From Eledone cirrhosa (lineage: Eukaryota), in the NCBI GenBank assembly GCA_964016885.1, contig OZ024740.1, forward strand, positions 94,302,001 to 94,366,000: 64,000 nucleotides of DNA, written 5' to 3'. Shown here in pieces: positions 52,511 to 64,000 of the stretch. Under the pieces are notes generated by a model, which saw only the letters and a list, made by a program, of their open reading frames with translations, was not told the origin of the DNA and made no database searches. Position 1 is the first letter of the stretch. Each line of letters starts with the position of its first letter. Position numbers and translations under genes: made by a program.

Positions 52511-53259
52511 AATCAACCATTGTTTCGGAATTACCTGAGGTTGTCTTTCAATACACCTTTCTATCTCGATAAATGACTAGCTTAATTTTTGCGAATCCAA
52601 ATCAAAGACTTGTTTCGTATTCTATGTTGTTCCCTGTGCTATGATAGAAATTAAGTAAATATAGAGACAACAATTCCTGAACAATTGGATTTTTCTTGTG
52701 GAATGTATGTTAAATATTTGCTGATATGCCATGATTAATAGTGCATCTTATTCATAACAGATTATTTGTCGTCATATATGAATGTACCTTTCACCCATCA
52801 GGTAACATTACCTGTCAAATTCTATTTACAAGAGTTATTATATTTATAACTATTAGTGACGTTTATTTTTTCTTATCTTAAAGGTGTCAAGTTTTCATGT
52901 GTAAATAAACGATCTGTTAAAACGATTTTTTTTTAATGCGCAAAAACTATTGATATTTACTTTTCACGTTTAAACATATATTTCTCTATAAATTCCTCGA
53001 TTTTTATCACACACACAAACGCCCACACAGTCATGCATACATAACCCCAAACGGACAATTATCTATGTGTACATATGCATGTGCTGATGTATATGCGTGT
53101 CTATGTGTGTGTATGTGTGTATATCTATTAAACAGAGACAAACAATCTAACACATACGTACTATATATACTATATGTATGTAATGAATTCAGTACAGCTG
53201 ACGGAATTTAAAACGAATAAAAATGCCTTAAATTCCTTTAGATTTCCTGGATGTATATT

Positions 53260-53694
<435 letters not shown>

Positions 53695-53810
53695 ATATAT
53701 ATAAAACAGAGAATGTATGTCTGTCTGTCTGTATGCCTGTCTGTATGTCTGGCTGTCTGCATTAAGACATTATGACTCTATATGTGTGTGTGTATATATG
53801 TATATATATA

Positions 53811-53889
<79 letters not shown>

Positions 53890-54036
53890 TAGGGTGTAAC
53901 GTTTATCGAAATATATACTTCTTCGGTCACAGATTGATTTTTTTTTGTTTCAGAAGATAAGATCCCGCTAAGGGAAAACGCAGCGATTCTCTGCTTAAAC
54001 TTTAATCTGTTATTTTAATATATATATATATATATA

Positions 54037-54249
54037 ACGAAGGAAATGTGGTAAGGAACCAGGTGGACCATAACGCACCAAAGTACTCAATACTTAGGGT
54101 AGTAGAGTGGGTATAGGAACGAGTAGGACCCCAATGGCTGAGCTCAAGCCGTTTCGACGGCTAAGTCTGGCCTAAATGGAAATTTTCATTTATTCCAGAA
54201 GTAGCCGCCGAAACAGCTTTAGCTCAGCCGTCGGGGTCCTACTCGTTCA
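54037..54249. repeat. Solo PLE terminal-repeat remnant with internal fold-back
   Basis: Matches 58540-58680; 54194-54249 is the inverted copy of ~54117-54170; flanked by (TA)n. Confidence 0.75.
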
Positions 54250-54258
54250 TATATATAT

Positions 54259-54797
<539 letters not shown>

Positions 54798-54805
54798 ATA
54801 TATAT

Positions 54806-56283
<1,478 letters not shown>

Positions 56284-56543
56284 ATATATATATACATTGT
56301 TATACTTTGGGAGGGTCATGTGTGACAGTATGTGTGACGAAAGAACTTTGACAATATATAACCAACCAACCAACCGGAAATTTATAAATTCCTAAATTTA
56401 TAAATTTATTATAATAAATTGAACTGAAAGCAGCTAGTGCGTGTGTTTCTTATTGGCAACATGATCCTCCTCCCAAAGTATAACAATATCGGTTTCAACA
56501 CACGTTTTCAGATAAAGAATATTGATAAACAAATTCAGAAACG

Positions 56544-56607
<64 letters not shown>

Positions 56608-56615
<8 letters not shown>

Positions 56616-57212
56616 TATTTGGCAATATACTGTGTGCTTAATTAAAAGCATTTTGAAGACGTTGCCCTATTATTTTAAAGTAGTGACTTATTATTACTGG
56701 AATTCTATAAGAATCCAGGATCTATAATTTTCAACAGCCATCGGCGAGTGCTAAGCTCTGATACCAACAGTATGCAACACATCTGTCAGCCTATCTCCCT
56801 TTGTTTGTTTAAAAAAGAAGTAAGTGACATAGTCACTACTTTAAAATAATAGCGCAAGGTCTTGAAAATGCTTTCAATTAAGCACACAGTATATTGCCTA
56901 ATATACTATATACATAGCTATTTCAGAGCACCAATTCTAATTTTCAGTTTCTGTGGACCCGCAATGGCTCTGTATAATCAGTTCCTGGTCATTACTGGAA
57001 TTCTATAAGAATCCAGCATCTATACTTTTCAACAGGCATGTGAGAGTGCTAAGCTCTGATGATCACCAAGAGTATGAACAGATCTGTCAGCTTATCTGCC
57101 TTTGTTTTTTGAAAGAAAGAAGTAAGGCACATAGTCACTATTTTAAAATAATAGTGCAAGGTCTTCAAAATGCTTTTAATTAAGCATAATATATTGCCAA
57201 ATATACTATATA
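56608..57212 (+). repeat. Hammerhead-containing ~300-bp repeat: two tandem units preceded by a short inverted piece
   Basis: Units ~56690-56990 and ~56990-57212; 56608-56690 is inverted relative to them. Confidence 0.8.
57050..57094 (+). ncRNA. Minimal type I hammerhead ribozyme motif (one A of GAAA lost)
   Basis: TAAGCT-CTGATGA-tcaccaagagtat-GAA-CAGATCTG-TC-AGCTTA. Perfect 6-bp stem I, palindromic stem III, GUC triplet. A more degenerate copy lies at 56752-56793. Confidence 0.75.
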
Positions 57213-57221
57213 TATATTCAT

Positions 57222-57603
57222 ATATAATACAAATAGTGAAAACAATGACATTAAATATAACACGAGTAATTCATAGTAAAACTCATTATCTTACGATCGT
57301 TTCAGGCGGTAGTTCTCCGTATGCTCATTCTATTAGTGATCTTTGTAAAATATATTACAAATTACCAAAGTAAGAAAATATACATACGTCTCCAGAGATA
57401 ATGATATTTCTGAAGACGGCTGGTAGGGAATACGCATGTATAATTTCTAACTTTGATAATTTGTAATATATTTTACATAGATCACTAATAGAAAGAACAT
57501 ACAGAGAACTACCTTTTCCCCACAAACGATCGTAAAATAATGAATTTTACTAAGCATTTCCCGTATTTTGTTTAATTTCATTGTTTTCCATATTTGTATT
57601 ATT
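57222..57603. repeat. ~380-bp imperfect palindrome containing a hammerhead-like motif with long stem II
   Basis: Arms ~57222-57390 and ~57432-57603 are reverse complements. Motif: tattt-CTGAAGA(57410)-..ggtag...ctacc..-(G/C)AAA-CGATCG-TA-aaata. Confidence 0.65.
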
Positions 57604-57740
57604 TTCACTATGCTTCCAATGAATTATATCATTGAAAATTGTATTTTAAACTTCGCTTTACGACATCTTCTACATACGGATTACATTGAGTTCTTGATTT
57701 AGCTTGGACCATACCATTAATTGGGGAATTTATCTGTGTA

Positions 57741-57788
<48 letters not shown>

Positions 57789-58054
57789 TATATTCGTGTA
57801 CACTTATGATTGCATACACAATAACAACATCTAAACAAACGTATTTATTTCACGAGGCTGGATAAGGATAAATATATATCAAATATATAAGAACCCGAGA
57901 GCAAATACCGAGCAACGACGGGCCATTCTGGTAATAAATATCAGAATAACACATTAAAGTTTAAGCAAAGAATCGCTGCTTTCACACTTAACGGGATCTT
58001 CTGAAACTAAAAAAAATTAATCTGTGAACGCAGAAGTAAATATGTCGAAAGACG

Positions 58055-58201
<147 letters not shown>

Positions 58202-58309
58202 CAGTTATGTCTTAAACAACATAAGGCAATTGTTTATTACATAAATATTAAGCTATGTTACCTACGTAGAGCATTCTTTTTTCCTGGACTTCTCCGACGG
58301 AATAACTTC

Positions 58310-58394
<85 letters not shown>

Positions 58395-58494
58395 GCTCGA
58401 AACGTCGTCCCCCAACTACCCCCACTCTCCTGAGCGTGAAATTAATAAACATTTATTGTACTGCCTCTCTGTTTTGTCCCTGTTCAAATGTTTC

Positions 58495-58539
<45 letters not shown>

Positions 58540-58542
<3 letters not shown>

Positions 58543-60282
58543 CGAAGGAAATGTGGTAAGGAACCAGGTGGACCATAACGCACCAAAGTACTCAATATTT
58601 GGGGTAGTAGAGTGGGTAATAGGAACCGGTAAGACCCAGACGGCTGAGCTCAAGCCGTTTCGACGGCTAATTCTGGACGCGAATTAGTCCAGAATTAGCA
58701 GTCGAAAATGTTAAATTTCAACTAAGGCATGTAAGCAAGGTCATACATATAACAATTGTCGAAACCATTAGACAACAGTCAAGCGTAAGATAGACGATAT
58801 TTTGTGCGAAGTTAGCTGTGGTGTTGTAGGAGAGTTTGATGGTGTTTTTGTTGATTATGTTGTGGTAGTGCGTGTCGTAGTGGGAAACATCGGCTACAAA
58901 AACAACAAAAAACTCAACCCCTTTGGAAGAAATAACCTAGCCATCAGTGGCGAGCCGACCTGGAGGTTAAACTGCTCTGATAGGTCTACGTGCCCCCAAA
59001 CAACAAATGCTGAGAACGTAACGTGATCTAACAGTGCAACGTTAAGACGGACACCTCCAACAAAGCTTATATAGGATTAACTGCGTGTGACCTCAAGACC
59101 CGGCTCTACCAACATCAACATACTTTCCGAATCCAGGTCCGGCGACATGCCACTACACTTTCGGGCCACATCTGGGACCTCCAAGATAATAATATAACCT
59201 ACAATCTCACTTGGAGCTTACTGTACAGAGCTAACTCTTACACGGGAGGACGCATTCCGTGTAACTTATGCTCGGAGGAAACATTACAAATGCTGTTTTC
59301 AAATGACCAACTCCTAAACAAGAAAGACGAACTGGTAACCGCAGAAACACAGATTGCGTAGGACTTACCTCGCCCTCAAACCCCTAACGACCCGGGTGGT
59401 TAGACAAGGGCTGATACACCCCACTTGCCGAATAAATTAGACGAAACCCCAGTTTACTTAGGTAGATGTATCTCTTTTCTTTTCTTTTCCTCTTTGTCTT
59501 CTTATTTCCCCTGTCTAATCCTATCACATCCATCCACCACCTATTTCTTCCTCCTCTGATTTTCCCCATTCGCCTACCCCGATGCAGCCCATCGGGCTCT
59601 GTAGCATCAGTTCCCCAACTCCTGTAATTTTAAGATAGAATTGGCCGAATATGTTTTACTTATAGCAGATGTGTTAAACCCCTTTAATGTTGTATCAGTG
59701 TTGTTACTACTCAATTTCTACAAGTTTTTTTCTATTCTCAATTTATTAATCTGTAATTGTAAGATAGCATTGTGATTCTTTTTTTTAGTTCATTTCTCAC
59801 TATCTAATTTTATATATTTTTTTATTTATTTCTATTATCTTTTATTGTCTCCTACTCTTATTCGATTTACCTATTCTATAACCTCCCTCCTCCACTTCAT
59901 ACACTATCCTTAGAATCTGCTGTATACATATCACATTCAACGCTTGACCGCTCCACTCACACAACAATAGGTTCTACATGAAACTTCACCCACCCCTACC
60001 TCTTCACCAAATGCCATGATATACTTATTTGTGTTTACAACAAATTTCATCCAATTCTCTTGACAACTACAATCTTCCCATATAAGGAAGTGCCCCCTTG
60101 TCAAGTTCGGCTATTTATTCACCAGGCTAACATTCTAATTTAGTCCAGAAATAGCCGTCGAAACGGCCTAAGCTCTACCGTCGGTGTCATACGTTTTCCT
60201 ATTTCCCACTCTACTACCCTAAGTATTGAGTACTCTGGTGCGTTATGGTCCCTCTGGTTCCTTACCACAATTCCTTTGTTAT
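58540..60282 (+). mobile_element. Penelope-like element remnant: GIY-YIG endonuclease plus 3' region, flanked by inverted terminal repeats, in (TA)n
   Basis: ~58965-59340 translates with breaks to NC..CP..C..NVI*QCNV..AYIGLT..KTRLYQHQHTF..TTLSGHIWDL..W..Y..CNLCSEE..LLNKKDEL. 58540-58680 is the reverse complement of 60140-60280. Confidence 0.85.
60088..60188 (+). ncRNA. Degenerate hammerhead in the PLE pseudo-LTR
   Basis: Stem II cggctattt/aaatagccg, then GAAA-CGG..CCG-TC; the CUGANGA box is corrupted (cttgtcaa). Confidence 0.4.
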
Positions 60283-60594
60283 ATATATATATTTGATACA
60301 ATTATGTGGTTAACGACTGAGAGAAAAGAGTTCACAATATTGAAGTAGCGTTTCATTATTTACTATGTTAAGGTTAAATAGTGAGTCTTCATAAATTGCG
60401 CCTGCTTATCACATTGACATCATATAAAACACCAGATTATACGTGTTACTGGGTAACCTTAATAAAATATTTATATATTATATACGTTATATTGTGAATG
60501 GTGTATCAATAGGTATCAATTTGATCTAAAACTCAATATGAACAAAGCTGTCAACATAGTCGGTAGGTGGATGGGAACACGATTTTATCGCCAT

Positions 60595-60780
60595 TGGTGG
60601 ATTGGCAGTATCGGTAGAGGGTCGGACGCCATGCTTTCCAGCATAGTTACGTCCCTTTACGATCTGAGTTCAAATCCCGCCGAGATTGACTTTGTCTTTC
60701 ATCCTTACGTGGTCGATAAAATAAAATACCAGTAATGCACCAGTAATGCTGGCCTCGTGCCTAAAGTAGAAACAATTATT
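60595..60780 (+). mobile_element. tRNA-derived SINE
   Basis: tggcagtatcggtagag, GAGTTCAAATCCC, ggcctcgtgcctaaagtagaaacaattatt. Confidence 0.85.
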
Positions 60781-62589
60781 CAATAATCCGATCTTCTCTT
60801 CATACAATTCATATATATACACACGAGAGTGCAGCTCAATCTAACGTGCAAGCTACACACGTACAGTCACTATTCATTTATGCAATAATGTTATGCCTCC
60901 TTTTCGATGTGCATCTCTTCTTGCTAATGTTCACTCCAATATAGCACAATATATATAGTATACAATAGCTTTTCCATGTACAGCCAACATTAGATTATTC
61001 TGTCTAAACACGAATGGTATGTTTTCCACAAATCTCCCGTGTGACTGACTATTCAGTTATGAATCATTTCGGTTTGTCTCGCCGCTACATATACTACTAT
61101 CTTAGACTGTTTTGAAAAGAAAGACATTCTCATAATCAACATGAAATGACATACCTGCATCCATCAACAACTGGACACAGAAGTATTGTGATTCCTGCTT
61201 ACATTTGTAATGCTTTCGTTGTGGAATCTAAGTTTGTTGGTGCGTGGTCATATATATTGTGCCATTCCTTACTAGAACATTTTCCCAACATAACTTATAT
61301 CCTCCTGCAGCCTTCTATTTGTATTTCCTTAAGTTGTATTTCCTTAAGCTCTTTTTTTAACCGAGTCGATTTGACTTAACCAAAATGGTCTGCCATATTG
61401 ATGAAAGCAGTGACATCCTCCAGACCAAATAAAGAGTACAATTAAATATTGCTGCTCAGATATATGGACATTAATTCTAGATTATATTCATAAACAAATT
61501 CAATTAATCACACAGATGAAAATATTTTGAAATAATCTGCTTTTGGAAAATTTCCTTTCTGTGGTATTTTAAATGCTCCGCTGCATAAATATCACGAAAG
61601 TCGATATGAAGCGTCAATCAAATTAAATCAATGAGGTGAAATGTTTTATTACACAAGCGTACGCCTGATAGAAAAGAGAACTTCTTAGAAAACGATCTGT
61701 TGAGTTTTAAGGACATAAGAAGTCTTGGAAATTTAAAAAACGTACTTGATGTGTGTTTCGCAAACAGTCAAGCGATAATTTGAAAAGTGTGAATGTCAGT
61801 TTATACAATGGCTTCACATTGATTTTAGTGTTCAGGCAAACGTACAGTGATTGAGTAGTAATACTACTGGCTGCAGGTTACAATGTCATTATAGGCAACA
61901 ATATAACTGAATATCATGGTGAGTGCTATCAATGTTATCATCAAATACATGTATACATACTTATTTTTAAGTTACTGGTGCGTATACTGAGTGTCCTTTA
62001 AATGATCTGCGTTATAGTACAGAATATATCGATATGTACTGTACCATGTATCTAATGTCTATCAATATATACCATTTATGAATAACAGAACGTGTTTGCT
62101 AAATATCTATCTGTGTGTAGTATAATAATCTTGTTCATATGTTACGTTTAGTAATTCATTATATTTTTAGTTCAAAATTTAAGGTGATACATCCGGTCTG
62201 TTATATATGCAGGAATCGATGTATCACTACTAGATATTGAGGTTTAAATTAATATTTATCTGAATGAGAATAAGGCTCAATATATTGGCTTTAAAGTTTC
62301 ATATGAACTAATGAGAATTGGCTTTAAGGTTTCATATGTAGTATTGAGAATCTAGTCAGAAACCTGGTGGGAATTGCAAGTATATAAGTGAAACAAATAT
62401 TGAAAATACAATACCAGAAATTACAATTGCAAACGGTTGAGAGGTATTCAATAACCTTCCATTTCGTACTCTAATCATTTTGGATACCGGCAAGCCTAAA
62501 TATATGTAAGCATTTCAAATGAAGTTACACAAATTTACAAAGGAATATATCATACTCTATCATCGAAATTATCAAAATATGTTCTCGCC

Positions 62590-64000
62590 GTCATGGACAG
62601 AAACACCCTGAGCCACCAATTGACCTCAGACCCATATATCCCCCCAGAAACCCAACCCTGCCACGTGTGGCTACTGATGTAGATATCATTTCTGTCACCA
62701 GGTCCTTCCCAACTAGCAGCTGCGGAGGTGTTGATGGTCTCCGACCAGGCTACCTTAGGGAGTTGACATTTCCCCTCTACGATGAGGCCGGGCGCCGCGT
62801 TCTGAGTGCAAAGGTGGCGCTCCCAAATAGGATCATTCATGGTGCCCTCGACCCTTACGCCCGAGGTCTCTTTTCTTCGGCCAGCCTCACCGCTCTCAGG
62901 AATAAAGAGGGTGGCATACGCCCCATTTCTGAGAGCAATGTCTTCCGGAGGCTAGCTGCCAAGGTGTTCTGCAAGTCCGTCACACACGAACTGGGTGAGG
63001 ATTTTAGTCCGGTGCAACTGGTGTCGGCGTGTCCGGTGGCTGTGAGGGATCCTCTCATGCAATCACGCAGCTCTTCAGCAGATTCCCATCGGTACCGGCA
63101 TCCAGGAACTCCAGGCATCTCATTGTCAAGCTTGACATGAGGAATGCCTTTAACTCTTTACGCCGGGATCATCTGCTCGAGGCCTGCCTCAGCCGAGCCC
63201 CATCTGCCTACCCGCTGGCCTACCTGTCATATGGAGCCCCGAGCATGCTCCTAGCTGCTGATACATTCATACCTTCGGCTACTGGGGTCCAACAGGGCGA
63301 CACTTTGGTACCCCTCCTGTTCACCCTTGGTATTGAACAGATCGCCCGGAGTATGACGGCCCCTCTCAACATTTGTTATATGGATGATGCTACGTTTGGC
63401 GGGCCTGTACGGACGGTCTGGTGGGAATCGGCCTCCAGGTCATCTCGGTCAAGTCGGAGGTGGTGAACGTCAGCCTCGATGCTGTGAGCTTTGCAGCCCC
63501 CGTCTTGGACGTGCTGTCCATTCTCCGCCAGGTTCAGGTGACCCCCAAAGAGGATGTCCTCATGCTCGGGTCACCGATCCACTCGCTCCACCATCAGCAC
63601 CATACTCTCACGAGCCGACTGGGCTTGATTGACGGCCACCCAGCTCTCTTTCTGCTGCGGAACTGCTTCGCCATGCCGAAGCTCCTCTATACACTCCGCA
63701 GCGCTCCATGCTACACCCAGACATTTCTCCTCGCTGACCTCGATACTTTTATTCGAGCAGCAGCCGAGGGGATATGGAACGTCAGGTTTGACGACATAGG
63801 GTGGCAACAGGCCACTTTACCGGTCAGATATGGCGGACTAGGCCTCGGGTCCCCGATCTCACTCTACTTTGCCGGCGTATCTTTCGTCGGTAACCTCGTA
63901 CCGCGTCCTCGTCAGCAGGGTTCTTCAAAACACAACATAACCCTCTGTGTTCAGAGAACGTGAGGCCGCCTGCGAGAGGTGGGACCGGCTGGGACTTAGC
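62590..64000 (+). mobile_element. CRE-clade non-LTR retrotransposon RT fragment, frameshifted; runs off the right edge
   Basis: GGVDGLRP, LTALRNKEGGIRPI..FRRLAAK, PVQLG..GGCE, KLDMRNAFNS, GVQQGD, YMDD, PKLLYTLR, QATLPVRYGGLGL; abrupt rise in GC. Confidence 0.8.

Noticed and set aside
58285-58495. Possible hammerhead half (gaaacgtcgtc) split by (TA)n
   Set aside because: No CUGANGA box or stem I could be identified.

Overview
Eukaryotic, AT-rich, microsatellite-laden DNA with no recognisable host gene. The tRNA-derived SINEs resemble octopus SINEs, so a cephalopod host is likely (inference). The window has three domains. (1) 1-2.3 kb: a Penelope-like RT remnant with a possible hammerhead nearby. 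(2) 2.3-49 kb: an almost continuous array of non-LTR retrotransposons, mostly joined by (TTA)n/(TTC)n tracts. All R4/Dong-clade elements (RT + CCHC + restriction-like endonuclease; at least 3 lineages) lie on the minus strand, and all L1/Tx1-clade elements (ORF1 + APE-RT) lie on the plus strand, mostly alternating. SINEs and an RNase H-bearing LINE fragment also occur here. (3) 49-62 kb: a (TA)n-rich zone with nested inverted repeats, ~300-bp repeats carrying minimal hammerhead ribozyme motifs, and a Penelope-like GIY-YIG remnant with inverted termini, followed by a CRE-clade RT at the right edge. The most notable signals are the opposite-polarity sharing of one microsatellite by two LINE clades, a conserved 52-54-nt intron-like spacer that would fuse Tx1 ORF1 to ORF2 in frame, a 5' leader shared between divergent Dong families, a SINE tail resembling the Tx1 3' end, and retrozyme-like hammerhead repeats. 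All alignments and boundaries were done by eye and are approximate.
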